Shown: positions 13,151 to 27,234 of the stretch, one piece after another
Layout: every line of letters begins with the position of its first letter
Position numbering within the stretch: position 1 is the stretch's first letter
NCBI GenBank assembly: GCA_963924565.1
Contig: OZ004612.1
Coordinates: forward strand, 15,872,001 to 15,936,000
Direction of reading: 5' to 3'
DNA: 64,000 nucleotides
Origin: Ascidiella aspersa
Taxonomy: Eukaryota
The notes under the pieces: generated by a model
What the model saw: only the letters and a program-made list of their open reading frames with translations
Database searches by the model: none
What the model was told of the DNA's origin: nothing
Translations under genes and position numbers: made by a program

Positions 13151-16100
13151 AACCTAACGAACACCACTCAGTTTGACCATATCGTTGTTTTAGGTTGGAG
13201 ATGTAATGTTCAATAGAAAAGCTACATTGCAAATATGTTATTCATTTTCGAGGATACAATAGGACGCGCGACGCCTTTGGGTCTAAAACGAATTTGTTTT
13301 GCATTCACGGAGTTAAAATTTGCCATTCATGGGAAATGTTTTACAATAAGTTTTTAAAATATTGTTACCCATTAAATTGCATTTTTCAAAATACATAAGT
13401 GAGATAAATGCGGAACCAATCAAGTCAATTTAAAAAATTAGGCCAAAACAATCAATTTACAGTCTCATATTTCTATGCCGTAACACGAAACCGTTTGTTG
13501 CTGGCGGCGTTAAACGGAAGTTTAGGCAGACGGCGGTCAGAGGAAATAAAACAGAAAGCTTACGAAGGCAACATGTTTCAACACGGATATCAGACCATCG
13601 AATCTATACACGACTAGCAGATCGGCTTGATGGGAATTAACGCGCGACGAAACTGGATCCAACATGAAGGCTGACGCGACATATCCGTTCACACTGGGCA
13701 CTTTTACCTTTCGCCCGGCTCGTAAAAGTGCTGGGACACGAGGCGGTGACCAGACAGTCGTGTCACTGCTGTATCGTCGTATTGTACCTAACACACAGCC
13801 TTTATTATCTTCCAGGCCAGTCGCGGTGTCGTGTGACGGGTTGCCCCGCCTCTTTTGGCGCACTGCTTTCCAAGGCGTGGGAATCGGGCTTAGTCTTACA
13901 TGTCTGTACCAATTAATCGAAATTTAGGAAAAACAGTCGTTTTATTTTGTAATGTAAAGTACGTCTAACCAGCTTTGTGCTTATTTTTTTACAAACCTAC
14001 TACTTACTACTGAAAGACATGTTGTAAGGCATAGACTTACTTCTGACGTATATTTCCTACTTGGCTATGTATTCAAGTAGAGTTTTACATTTATTGAACT
14101 TATGTCAAAAAGTGTAAATCTCAGGTTCAGTATACATACAATGTCATACAAATATTAAATTACCAACAAGGCTATCTGGTTAAATCCAGAATAAACCTGT
14201 AAAACGGGCTGGCGTCAAGGGGCGGAGTTTGCGCTTTGGAAGTCAGGTTTTATTTGAGATGTAGTTAATGTTTCACGCCTATAAACTCGGTTGACATTTA
14301 AAATTAATACATAACGTTACCACAAGTGATGACAACCATCCTCAACTAATTTGTGAGAAATCGGAATATGCTCTTATGGACACATACATTAAAATAGTCT
14401 GTGGATTGAAACGAAATAATATAAACCTATATTTAATATCAAACACCAACAACCACACAAAGTCAGTTCCTTGGGCGCCATTAGCTTGTATTTTACTTAT
14501 GGTCTAATCTTGATCAACTTATGAGATAAATGTTGGCACACTGTTGAATTTCGTATAGTGGCTGCCCGATGATATCGAAAAAGAAACGATTTCGTCAGAA
14601 GGATCTGACTTAATCAAAAGTGCCAAAACGGTCGCTTGATTGCAAACGAACGTGTCGCAATTGGTATGCCACTTGTCACGCTTTTGTGGGTGTCTTGCTC
14701 CAACGAAGGTGTCTTGCTCCAACAAAAACGGTATATAGCTTCAGCAAGTAAGATAGAGATGTCGTCATGCGCCACAGCAAACATTGTGCAACAATATAAC
14801 AATATTTCGACCTTGTATGTTTTCCCGTGGCTATTGTATGTTCGACTCATTAAGGCCGTTAGTCAAGGACGCACAACAAATGCTAAGTGGGCTGAAATTT
14901 ACTGACTTGAAAAGGCTTTTGGCGTATGACGATAAACATGCAAAGAGTGTGTTATTAGCTATTATAGCCCGATTGCACCATACGAACGTGCAAAGAACAT
15001 ACTTCGGCAGCAAACAAAAGAAAGAGCAAACAGCGGCTTTGTTTATCCGCGCGTCTGCTTCCAGTAAATCTGGGTTGTTATTTTACGACTGATCAAACAA
15101 AGTCCCCCCTCTTGGTGGATTCCCCCTGATCCCCTGATTTCCTATCCCCCTCCCATCCCCATGTTTTTTCGGCGGGCAATATATAGCCACGTGCTTAAAC
15201 CCAACACACGGCAACGAACTAAAAATATATGTTTTTAAATTTATGACGCACTCCGAGATGTTGAGTAAATCATCGTCGGTTATCGTCGAGTGCTTTCCGG
15301 GATGGTGAAGCACAAATCACACATAAATGGCGTACGAAAGTAGTTCGGTGCGTACCTTCTTGGGATAGAGAAAAGGTCAAAAAAATAATAGAAAGTATAG
15401 CTGTGTGCACCACAGTACTTAACCAAACATTTTAAAACATTTGCAAGTATGATGATAATATAACAAAACTTACATCACTCTGCTAAGCTTTATTTCAGGT
15501 ATGTACAAGGAATTATTATTTCAATCCTAACACATTTCTGGGACAAGCATTATATGTATTTCGCAAGCATTAGCCGTTTACGTCGCACAAATCGTGCACA
15601 ATCTGGTACAGTTTATTGCATTGAAAAAAATGAACGCTTGTCTTAACTTTGATTTCGGTTGTAACCTGGCTTTTAAATCTGGCTTTTAAACGTGGATATT
15701 TTAATTTTCTGCATAGTTTAACTGTTTATATAATGCTTGTATGACCCTGGTAATTGATGCCACTAACAAAAACTTGTAAGGAATCATATATTTGCGAGAT
15801 AAATAGCGGTCACATGCTGTCGCCGTAGAGCGGTAGTATTTCGATTGATTAACTAAACTAGTAGTTGGAAGATCATTTGCTCGTTTGTGTGGCGTAATAC
15901 TGAAATTGGTTTGAAAGAACAAATTAAGTTTTCATATGGAGCAAAACCATATTCAAAGTAGCGAAAATAAAGTTAAATAATCAAAAATGGATTGGTACAC
16001 AAGATGTTGTTTGAGAGTACAATATTCGCGAATATTTAATCAAATTTCGATGTCGGTTGAATCACAGCAAAAACATCAAGCAGCCGCAACCTGTGGCACA

Positions 16101-16644
16101 CGATTTTTATTTGATATTGTATGACCGCCACCGAATAAAGAAGGCCAGACAGACCATAATGCGGGTAATTTGATTATAACGCAACAACATAAACGCATGT
16201 GACGTCACACTGGGGTCACACGACACCTATGAAAGTGTTTGTTTGCTGACGAACAACTAGCATCACTTTAAATGGGAACGAACGTCAATACAGCATGGAA
16301 AATAAATGTTGTGTTGTTTTTCGATACAAGTAACAACCTTAGGCTAGCTAACGTGGCCACTAAAAAGCCCAAAGCTGTATTTTGATAGAATAAATTACAC
16401 TTTTCGATTCTTCGATTTACACGAGGGCCTTAAAACAGCTTCTTTTAACCGCGCGGTGCTTATTAACTGAAAAAAACAACTGTTGTCATTTAATATGCCT
16501 GAAAGATTGTCACACAAAAAACATTTTTTTTTAATTATTTATACGCAGCGCCGCCGAGTACACCAAGTGGTCGGACGAACATTTAAATAAAATATATTTC
16601 TGTCTAAAAAACGTAAATAACCATAAAACTACAACCCGATTTTT

Positions 16645-16836
16645 CATCGTCAGTATATCTTAGATTTCATTCGAATTAAGATATACTGACGATGCCTTAG
16701 TTGGCGAAATATATATATATCTTTTTAAGATCTGGTTAATGTGTCTGACCTGAATTGCTAGCTTTGCTAGATTATTTTGCTGTTACTGATCAGGAATTAA
16801 GGTCGACATTTATCTTGCAAGGGTCAAGGTAATTTC
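16645..16836 (+). mobile_element. Penelope-like element pseudo-LTR fragment with 5' inverted segment
   Basis: Highly similar to the reverse complement of 54500-54673. 16645-16662 is the exact reverse complement of 16677-16694. Contains a minimal hammerhead. Confidence 0.7.
16678..16723 (+). ncRNA. minimal type I hammerhead ribozyme (PLE-type)
   Basis: AAGATATA-CTGACGA-T-GCC(TTAGTT)GGC-GAAA-TATA-TA-TATATCTT: 8-bp stem I, CUGANGA core, 3-bp stem II, GAAA, palindromic TATA in place of stem III, cleavage triplet AUA. Confidence 0.8.
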
Positions 16837-19800
16837 TATTATTCACATATTCAGTACAACATAGTACAGTAATAAAAGGGAAAATCATAAATCGAGAATA
16901 TATATTAGCATCGAAAAGGCATTAACTTTTTGAATTCAGTATTGTTAAGGGTCAGCCAACCAAACATTTTATAGTAAAAAGCTGACAGAAAATGCCTTAA
17001 TTGAATGTTTATAAATTCAAAATGTTATCGTCCAAAGTCAACCCCGCTTTTTATAGCACCACCCCCCTTTGGAAATGAGTTGCGCAAGGTCACGTACATG
17101 GATATTTGTTTAGGGTATCACATGGCGTCAAAGACATGTGACCGTAGAATATTTGTTTAATTTGTCCTAGTCAAGCGTTTTTATCAGCGTTGCTAAATAA
17201 CGTAAGAGTGTACAGTTATTTTCGGATTGATGATCGTAAAGTCATCTGAACAGATATAGTATTAATGAGTAACTACAGCCATAAAAAAGAAGTTCAAACG
17301 TCATTCAACCTGTTGACTCCTGACTTCCGCCGCCCGCACACAGAGTGCTATTGATTTGTTTTCGCGCCAGCACTTGCCTTACTCCAGTGGAAACAACGGG
17401 ACGAATAAGTGCAGTAGGAAAGGAATCGGTAAACAACTTTGGTAGGTGACAAAGGTTAAGAGAGAGAAAATTCCCAAGCGAACGCCTGGAGTCTCAAACC
17501 TAACTGAACTGTGGTTGTGTCGTCGGCAGAGCCCGTCAAATCGTACATTGTCCGCTGTGGGTTGCCACGATGGCACGATCAACATCTTCAGAACATCCGC
17601 CGGACCAACAGCGGGTCAACAAGGTGCCTAAAATCACATCCAGTGTGATCGTGCGACCCGGTCGTGCCATTGTGCATAGGGGATTTGGTTAACTCAGCTA
17701 CGTTCACACATTATGCGGAAAACGTGGCCTAGAATATCACTTTGGAATTGCCTTACATAAAAAATATATTTTTAGAACACGTTTCTTAATTTACATAACA
17801 TAATAAAAGTTCGTCACCGTTTTTACAGGCTCGGTAAATAGCAACAGATTTTTGAAAGCTGTTACTCAGCACACAGCCCAATTCACTCTCAAGTTTGTCG
17901 TTGATTCATACTTTAAGTCCTACACATAGAGCTGTTACTGTAGCCGTTTATTGGGAAGCACCTAATAAAAAAAAATATTACTCGGCGAATAGAGCTATTT
18001 TAGTGTCGCGATTAGGCGTTTTCTACTAAGAAGCTTTCATTACAGATTTTTAAAATTTTACCAAAACCACACGGCATTTATTTAGAGATTTAAATCTCCC
18101 TTTACTTTAAACCAGAACAACATTAAAATGTCGTACATTTAATGTGTTGACAGACTTACCATATGTACAGCAAGTGTAACCTTTTAATAAGTTACTATCT
18201 AAATTATACCTAAAGTGAAAACCGGACACATTTCGCAAAGGTCTAGTTTTTCGCATATTTTAAATTAAGGCCTCGTTTAATTCTAGGAAAAGTGTTATTT
18301 AGAAGATCGTTGTTATCTCGAGTTGTTTACGTAATCCTTGAGTTAGTGTGGCTTATGGTTAAATAAAATAAGTTTTCCATTTTAGGTAATACAATGTTTG
18401 TTAAACGTATTGTTTGAAATCATTTGGAAGCTGACTTGTGTTAAAGTGGCACTACTGATTGTCATGATCAAAACATGCAGTGTGACGCAATAAGCTTGGT
18501 AATGGCGAAATCTACTTATGTAGGGCGGCACAGATGCACTGTAGTCAAACAATAGGGTACTCGAAGGTCGCATTACGCTACTTAACTGTGGCCTTGCGCT
18601 TTTGTCGATTTACACTCTAATTTAAATTTAAAAATACACAATAGCACGACAGGTTTTCGTTCAAACTTGTTGATCGTAAAATTATAAGATAACGACGATT
18701 GAGCTCGTTCGTAGCAGCGTTTCCACAAAGCTTGTTTTTCAGGGTGCTGGCCTACTGAAGGGTGCTTGTCTGCTGTGCTGCGAGCATTAAACCCGGGAGA
18801 CTTTTATCTTATCGCTAAGTAAACATTACGTAACGTGTCTTGCGAAAGTTTGTCGAAAGAGATCAGCCAATCAAATTTGAATCTTTAAATATGGGAATTC
18901 TGATTTGAAAGCCGCTCGCCGCACGCGCATGTTGTTATGATTTAAAAATAAAGCTTTAACATCATATCAGTTGCGCATGTTAAGGTAAACAGGATTGCTC
19001 ATAAACATTTTTAAGACCAACACACTGAGTAACCCAACATTTATGCATATAATGTATTGACAAACTATATAAAAATTTGTTAGCACTTGCAAAACGAATG
19101 CTAATATAAGTGACGAGTGACACCGTGGCTCAAACATAGCTGTACATAAAATAATGTATCCCAATATTTTTTGGTCAATTTGGTTAATTGCAAACTCTGG
19201 CAAGCGCATATAAGCAATCGAAAAGCGTAATACTGATAAACAATTGCTGCCACCATAATAAGGCGCCAGTCACAACAATTGTTTTCCCGTTTTGCAGCTA
19301 AAAATACTCTGCTCGTAGCGCGAACTGTCGACGTCATGCCCATTTCCAGGCACATTACCTGGAACCTCGACAAAAAAAGTCGAATTTGTGACGGTCTGTT
19401 GACCACCCAGTAAAACGAGGATATAAATTTCAAAGAGCGCTGATCCCGATAAAGTTTATAGGGCAATGACTCAATCCTCTACTCCCGATCGGATATATAG
19501 GTGAAAAGCAACTTCTGGCCAATATACAAGACATAACCCGCCTTCGGTTTAGTGCATTACACATACTTAACTTTGGAGCATAATGTCTTATTTTGTGAAA
19601 GGGAACGTGTTTGTTGTCACAACAGGACTAGGCTTAATTCATACGGTGATTTTAACTTGTTCAGAACGTAATAAAGCACAGTACGGAGCTCACACTAAAT
19701 GTCTAACTATCTTAAATATATTCATATATGGCCTAGTCAACGGACGTTTTAACATAGATTATATTTAATATTTTTCGCAAAATGTAGCGGGCCTGTGCGC

Positions 19801-21097
19801 CACATTGAATTAAAAATGCAATCTAAAGCTGGGTACCTTCTGCTGAAAGTACAATTTCCCACGCCTTTCTCTGTGTTGTACGCCAGTTGACCTCTACATT
19901 GTTTGTAAAGTGTTTCAATTTGGCCGTAATGGAATCTAAACAAACATTTCGCTTCTGCGAGGAAACTGTCGCAGTTCTAGGAATCGCAATCACCCTCCAA
20001 ACAAAGGAACCGCGATATGGAAATTTCTTGTTTACGCAATCTTTCGACTGTTGCCACCAAGTATTCACAATGCGTTATTTGTGCGGCAGACCCAAAGTTG
20101 TGGCAAATACTTAACAGCGTTTAATGTTTGAAATTGTCGTACATTAAAGTGTTAGTGGGAACAACACCTTTAGTCCTTTGCCAACCTAGAACAGTATCAG
20201 CAGCGGCAATTTAAGGCTTTTTTATCGACGTTGTACCTTGGAATACCCTACACTTTTTCTGTTGCCTCGCGAAAGTGGCCCAGATATAACTACTTCGCTT
20301 TAGAGAGCTGGGAAAATCCTGCAGTGAGTTATTCAATCGGATTACCGACAATACAGCACGTGACTGACATTGTCACAATAGGCGCCTGCAAGACTCGGCG
20401 GCGGTCTTGTGCAATTATCTTGCAGGCTTATCACCAATACACAGGTGGCAAGACTTAACACCGCTAGCAGCAAAGCATCGAACTCATACGCTGACATTAT
20501 AATTTGTTTCCGAAATCCACTAATGCCGTCGCCAAACATTTCACTCGACCATCCAACTGTCGAGAGCTGACCTTTATAAACGACATATAAAAGTAAATCT
20601 TAAATGATATGAGCTACGTGGTAGCAATTAAAAACAGGTTATCTGTAATAATATCGAATCGGGCCATTAAAAAAATGAAAACAAGTTTTTAGACTAAAAC
20701 ACCTGGAAAATATCAACAGTGGACTTTTTAATTTTATCTAATTTTTACAATTGTGTATAGTAATGACGTTACTTGGTATTACCAATCACCTTTATGCTTT
20801 ATCCCGAGAAATAGTGCCTATGACTTGCGGCTTATAAATTTCCTTCTATCAAATTACGATATTCCTGTATAAAAAAAAACAATAATTGTTAAATTGTTAA
20901 GTGAAAGGGTAATTGGTTTATTAGGAGTAATGAAAGTAGCATCGTATGTCCACAAATTACTTTGTAAAATCCATAATAAATTAAGTATTTTACCGATTCG
21001 TTTTTAAAATGTTACAGTTCTATAAATCAGAAAAATGTTGCAACAATATTAATAGTGATTTGTTTTGTAAACCTTGTAATAACATAAAAAATAGTTT

Positions 21098-21169
21098 TGC
21101 CACCAGTGAGGTTTGAACTCACGACCCCTGGTTTACGAGACCAGTGCTCTACCACTGAGCTATAGCGGC
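21098..21169 (-). tRNA. tRNA-Thr (anticodon CGT)
   Basis: GCCGCTATAGCTCAGTGGTAGAGCACTGGTCTCGTAAACCAGGGGTCGTGAGTTCAAACCTCACTGGTGGCA, 72 nt, full cloverleaf with intact A and B boxes. T6 Pol III terminator at 21086-21091. Confidence 0.95.
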
Positions 21170-24100
21170 GCGACGTCGAAGCTGTTCGAATTTTAGAATA
21201 TAATCACTCGCACCAGAGCTTGCAGCAGTTTATCGTTGAATACGTTTAAACAACAATGACGAATAATCTCAACCAATTATTATAATTCAAATTTGTTTTT
21301 CAACATACACCAATATACAAAACAAGCGTGACAGTGGTATTTATAATATTTACATCAGTTTGTTGTTGCTCTTTTTTTAACTTTTCGCCTAATCAAGTTC
21401 AAGCTTGTTCAAACAGTTGCGGTAAAGTGACCCCTAACCAAAAGGCAGGGAAAATTAATGTCGTAATTACGTTTGACCTATTTAAACTTACGCGAATGCG
21501 GGTCATGGTTTTACGACACGATCGGCGAGATTTAATTTCTTGTTTCATTTAATAACGTGTTTGCAAAAATCTTAAATAACGTTTTGCAAAAGTGCAATTT
21601 TGGTTTCATTGCGAGGTGCGTGTCAAATCGCATTAGGCCGTTGATTCGACAGAAAAACCAAACTAATTTCGCAGAAGTGTAGGCCCCGCGGGGGATACAA
21701 GTTTCAAGCAAATTTCGAAGATTTAAAAGCCAGAAAGCTCTGTAAAATATCGGTCGCTAATCGGCTTTTCTCGAGGCTTGTTTACTGAAATGCGGAAGTG
21801 TAATCGTGATCGACGCGCGGAAATTCGCCGTCGGACATGTTGCGAGATATTTGCGGCTTTAACGACGCGTGTTTCAGCTTTCGGGCAATCGGTTGACATC
21901 GCGGCAACCTTGACGCTGGCTTACAGAGGTCAACGAAGTGCCGGCAAATATCCTAACGGAGGTGGTTGCCATAACACCAACGCGCCAAATTTCGCAACGC
22001 CTTTGTTGGTGGGCGTTGCATGCGGCATTCCTTCCTTGGAAGTTAACACTGCCAAGTTTGAGAAATATTTTTACTGCTTACTGGTTGATTTGCCTTTTGT
22101 TTGTTAGTAGCTTTTACGTGTGCTCTGTTTAATGTATAATTGTAGCAGTATGCAATGAAAATTACTATTACGCAACAACTTTAACAAAAAATGAATGACG
22201 TTTCTGATACGATAGAATAGATTGAACCTAATATTACATAATTTGAACAAAAAATTCCCATTTTTGTATTCCTTTGCATACAACACTTATGAATCGTATT
22301 TATCCAAATAAACACATAGCATTAGCCTATGTGAATCTCTTTCGCCTAAAAACGAAAATCAGCATTTAAGGCGGTAGCCCAACTGGAACACACAGTAGCT
22401 GCAAACCAACAAGAGGGGTTTTTATTTTAGGCAAAGGTAATACGAGGACAAATCGGTACCGTGTTGTGTTAGGTGAGGCTTCGAGAGATTTGAAGCACAA
22501 TTAGACACCCACAGCGGGCTCAACTGATCCACGTGGGTGGCACATAAATCAAACTCGGCAACTGCGTGTACCATTCGACTTAAAACGCCGGTTAATAAAT
22601 CTTACAGGTGTTAATGTGATTTAGTCGACCATTTTTCGGAATGTCCGAATGTCCGTGTGTGACATTTCCAAATACCGATTTCTCTATGGATTTAATTTAA
22701 AATTGCAATTTTTAAGGTTAGCATTTTCTAATCCAGAAATGACAACGGCGTTCAAAAAGCGTCCAATTAATAATAATCTGCAAAGTTTATCTTGCCGCGA
22801 GTCGGTAATGGCTAGCGAACGATTAAACAATAGAAGGTTTTTTCGGGCACTTTCAATTGCAAACACGGAAGCGAACGACCGACAATGTTTATTTCGCTTA
22901 CTCAATCCTGTGATGGAGAAATAAAGTTCAAGTATGACGGTTGTTTAGCGCTATTTAAAATGTACTTGTAGGCTGAAATATGGTTAGGTATTTAAACCTA
23001 GAAAAAATATTTAAAGCACCAGAGATACACATGTACATGCGGGGTCATTAGATACCACATGGTTATAAAGGTTGTTAATGTACTTTTATTTGGTTTGAAT
23101 GTTTTTGAAATTTGATATAACATAAATGACAGTCATTTGGGAGTATTACACTGTATGAGGCTACAATACAATATATCTGATCTTACATAAACACCTTTAA
23201 AACAAACATTATCTCGTAAATCAATATTCTGGCTATTTCAAGAAAACAAATATTATTGTTTCATTTAGGCTTTTCGCGAGCTAGTGTTCCTAACCGTTTT
23301 GCACAAAGACCTGAAAGCTCTGTTTGTGATGCGAATTATAAAAACATCCTGTGTGGGAAGCCATAGTATCTTTATCGGAATAAGAAATCAGTAAAATAAG
23401 AAATATTGTAATATAGGAAAACTTTCTTACACCAAGAAAGAGACAATGTGTTTATTTAGGGTTGGATAAATCTGTTTTAAAACTTCCATTAGGTAAAGTG
23501 CGGTATACCATGTCACTAGATGGCGCAACCAAGCAAATTCCTAGTACATCCTGATGAGGTCGTTTTGAATTTACGGAACATTTTAAACTTGCATATACGA
23601 GACAAAACAGTTTTAATTGGACTCAACAATAAGGCAAAAACGGAATAACGATGAGTTTACGTCGTATTCTTTTGTAGATATTACAGCGAATTTGGTTGTA
23701 ATTATGTATGTCGACGATCTTAATACTATGATATTGTAGATATTTCCGGGTTATATATCAATGCTTTATAGGCCTTGTTGTGTGTTTCCTTGTAAATCTG
23801 AACCAATAGCGCATTTCTGATTTAATCAAACAAGTTTAAGGAGGCATATCGGACTATGTTCCTAGAAAAACAACTTTTGGGGAAAATGCCCTCTATCTGT
23901 AATGCAAACTTATACTGAAAATTTATTCAAAGCGCTTGAAGTTTAAAACAGGTAGCTTTAGGCAGATAGGCACAGAAAAAAGTGCAGCTAATATTATAGA
24001 CAAGCATTTTGAAGGCTGCTTCAAACTAAAAAATAGATTATATTGTTTTGTTTGTTCCAAAACAAAAATATCCCAATGTTTAGCTAAATAATTGATTGAT

Positions 24101-24711
24101 TGTTTAAAACTGACACCTTCCAACGTGTAAAGCGCAGTCACTTGACAGCAAGGCAACTTTTCAGTGCGACCTTAAATTTTGATTTTAAACAATGCTCGAG
24201 AGTTATGACGACGTGTCGTTCTTGCGCGTCGTGGTGTTAAAAACAAACAAGCCTGTGAGCGTTCGCAAGTGCTGCGTGCTGCAACCTGTGTGAGAGAAAA
24301 AATAAATTGGAAACTGTTGTGTCGGGCCGGTTCGCCGTCCGCTGCTGCCACCCTCGCAGAGTTGTCTACCCCGCAGCGAAAGAAAAAAAGCGCTGTTCAT
24401 TGTTCGCTCATAAACCAACTCGCAAACGACGGCTAGTGCAGTTAGTCAGGGTTGGAAGCTAGCGACGACAGTTGGTTTGCCGTGTTGCGGATGGATATGT
24501 TTAAAACAACAGTTCACTTTACGTAGTTTTCTGATATAGTGGGCAAGTGTGCACCATAGCGGAGGCTTTAACGTAGAATACTGTATGATGCTTAGATTTG
24601 TGCTTGTGAAAATAAAACCAGAATTATATATTTGTGTTGTTAGATAAGGTAACTTAAACAAGTTTGTTCTGAAACAACTGCAAGCCAACGATTTAAGAAA
24701 ACACCGCAAAA

Positions 24712-24922
24712 ATGGCACCAGATGCACCATCACGATATGCTCACGACTTTCCTGCTCAACAAGACCTAATTCCCGACGAAAAGCCTCAGCCACATCAGGA
24801 AAAGCGACTAAAATGCGTCCTGGTGGGTGACGGAGCTGTGGGAAAAACAAGCTTGGTCGTAAGCTACACTACCAACGGATACCCAACGGAATATGTACCT
24901 ACAGCCTTCGACAACTACTCAG
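24712..24922 (+). CDS. RHOU/RHOV: RhoU/V-like GTPase copy B, exon 1 of 4 (~255 aa total)
   Basis: AAAATGG start. Encodes [37 protein letters not shown]. Donor G|GTACCT, phase 1. Confidence 0.94.
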
Positions 24923-25028
24923 GTACCTTAAGCAAATTTTACTAGATTTGTAATTACAACTTTGTCATAATTTTTTAGCGTCAATCTGTTCACGTTCCCA
25001 ATCATATAAGTTTTGGTTTTGTTTTTAG

Positions 25029-25087
25029 TTCGTGTCAACGTTGACAACACACCCATCAGACTCCAAATATGCGACACAGCAGGCCAG
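25029..25087 (+). CDS. RHOU/RHOV: RhoU/V-like copy B, exon 2 (59 nt)
   Basis: Acceptor TTTTTAG. Encodes VRVNVDNTPIRLQICDTAGQ. Donor GTTTGT. Confidence 0.95.
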
Positions 25088-27224
25088 GTTTGTAACAGCT
25101 TGTTTTTGTTTTCGGTTTTAGCGGCCCAATTTATTGGCCATGTTGCCGCGCAAATGATTCTAGCACAACCAAAATCGGCACAATCGGTCAACTAGCAACA
25201 CTGCCTGTCGAAACGGTTTAAATACCAAATGCGTGACCTGTATGCCATTTATTGATTTATTCTGTTTGAATCAAACACATTTTCACCATGTTCGTGTAAT
25301 GCGTTATGTAATGCAGTGATAAACTGAAGGACGAGGGTATTAACAACTTGATACGCGTATGAATTAATATCCTTCGAATGAAAGCTAGCGGGATACGTTA
25401 AAGTCGATTAGAGTTAATAAAAAATGCCTCTGCTCCTGCTGCGACCAGCTATCAACTGAGGCACCACGCTGCGTGTAAAGTCCATTGTGCGATGCATTTT
25501 ATCCAACAACGGTTATTAAACTTTAAAGGCGGAACATCGTCGTGCAATGTTAATGTAAACGTTTATAAGAAGATAGCAGCTGTGAGTGATAGCTTTTAAC
25601 GATATTCTGTTCGACTCTAACCTGTAATTTTCCTTAAGCGTATTTCATCGTGTAAAATGTTGTTAAGGCGCAGTCCGTCCGTCTTTTGAAAATCCTACGA
25701 CGATTAACCAGTAAGCCTATAGTCGAGGCCAAACCCTTTCCGGTTCACCCGGCGGCCATTGACCAGCATCTGAGCAAGAAGCCCAAGCTATTAATTCGCG
25801 AACACTCATATTTATGAAAGTTTTCCGGGCTTTTGTGTGCTGGGGTGTCCTCAAACACGAGCCTACAATTGATCCAGTCAAGAACAAAAGAACTGTTTTT
25901 GTGCTGCTGATTTCGAAGGCAAACACCGAAGGGGTCCCAAGTGTAAATTTTGTCGCCTTAAAAACTTCGGCCGTGCTCTCGGATTTATTTGCTTCACAAA
26001 TAGTCGCACAGAAGCTCAATAGAAAATACAGGCGCCGTTCGAACTACTTCAAAATGTCGTATATCATGAAAGGGTTGATTTATTTGCCAATATTTGAGTC
26101 GTGCAAGGTGCGAACCGGATTAAACTTATTGACCCTTTAAACTGTAATCTATCAAACTTACGAACATTGCTCATGCCAAATCGGGCTTATGGTTTATTCT
26201 CGGGTAAGCATCACTAGACAATGTCGCTTTGAACCTTTGCGAAACGCTTTTTTGTTGAAACACTACGCCCAAGACAAAAATTGAACAACCCTATACCGCC
26301 GCTTACGATAGGAATGTTTGCATTGTTGTCTATATTGATTCGTCATAACTTGGACGAGTTTTCTCAACCGGGTTATCAGTTTATATTGGACTTGTTCAAT
26401 TACATTGGCGCCCAAGTAAAATGGTCCCGTCAGTCTTTTGTTGCATTTCGTTACGGGGCGGTTGTTTTTGTTGTGTTTAACCGCCCGCGCAGCGCCAACC
26501 TTTACAAGGGAGCAATCTACGATCTTCTAGCTAACAATTCACGGCTTTTGTTACGGTGTCACAGGGCGTCCGCCTTCGCCTTTATTGCGCGTCGACGATC
26601 GGCATTGTTCGAGCCAGTCAACCGACAATTTGACACTTCAAAGCCGGCAGGGGCCTCTCCGTGCCCACCGAGCCGTCCTTTCCCAGTAAGGCGAATAAAC
26701 GAGGCCCTCTGTGCGCTGTTGTCGCGGCACGGTCGAGGCAACTTGTTCACAGCCGACAGTGCGGATGTGTACATAACCGGGCATGACAAAACAAGCAAGG
26801 GAAGCCGGCGCCTTAACAAAACACCTGCGCTCTTCAAACTTTTATGCTTGGCGTAAACTAAAATTGACATTTATGCCGGCTTAATATGGAGTCGACGACT
26901 GATCGCCGCTTTAGTAATTCGAATCGTAAATTACGTAGTTCCTCTGGTATGAACTTAATTTAGTTTCATGCCTTTGCATTACAAACAAAATTGATTAAGG
27001 TTTTCCGACTATGAATTACAAAGTCTTCGTTAAGATGTACGTCTAACTAAAAGCTAAAGCCCTATAGATAACAGCGCACATCCAAATTTGTCGCGCGTGG
27101 GTTGTTTCGAAATAATTGCGTAGCCCCTGTCGTGAGACAGATTGCGATGTCACAACGCGACGTCCCAGAACAACTTGTCTTGAGATATCAGAGCTTGCCG
27201 CGTCGTTTGTCAATCAGCGCATCG

Positions 27225-27234
27225 CCTTATATGG
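27225..27234. promoter_or_regulatory. perfect CArG box (SRF site) in intron 2 of copy B
   Basis: CCTTATATGG matches CC(A/T)6GG. A TCF-type CTTTGAT lies at 27293-27299. Confidence 0.35.

Noticed and set aside
12438-15690. Small tandem duplications (12438-12480, 14689-14723, ~15666-15690) as CRISPR-like repeats
   Set aside because: Only two units each, no spacers, eukaryotic context; ordinary slippage.
23551-23580. CTGATGAG resembling a hammerhead core
   Set aside because: No stem II closing onto GAAA, and no stem I or III.
26281-26856. 191-aa ORF in intron 2 of copy B
   Set aside because: TTG start and no recognisable domain; explained by a GC-rich intronic patch.
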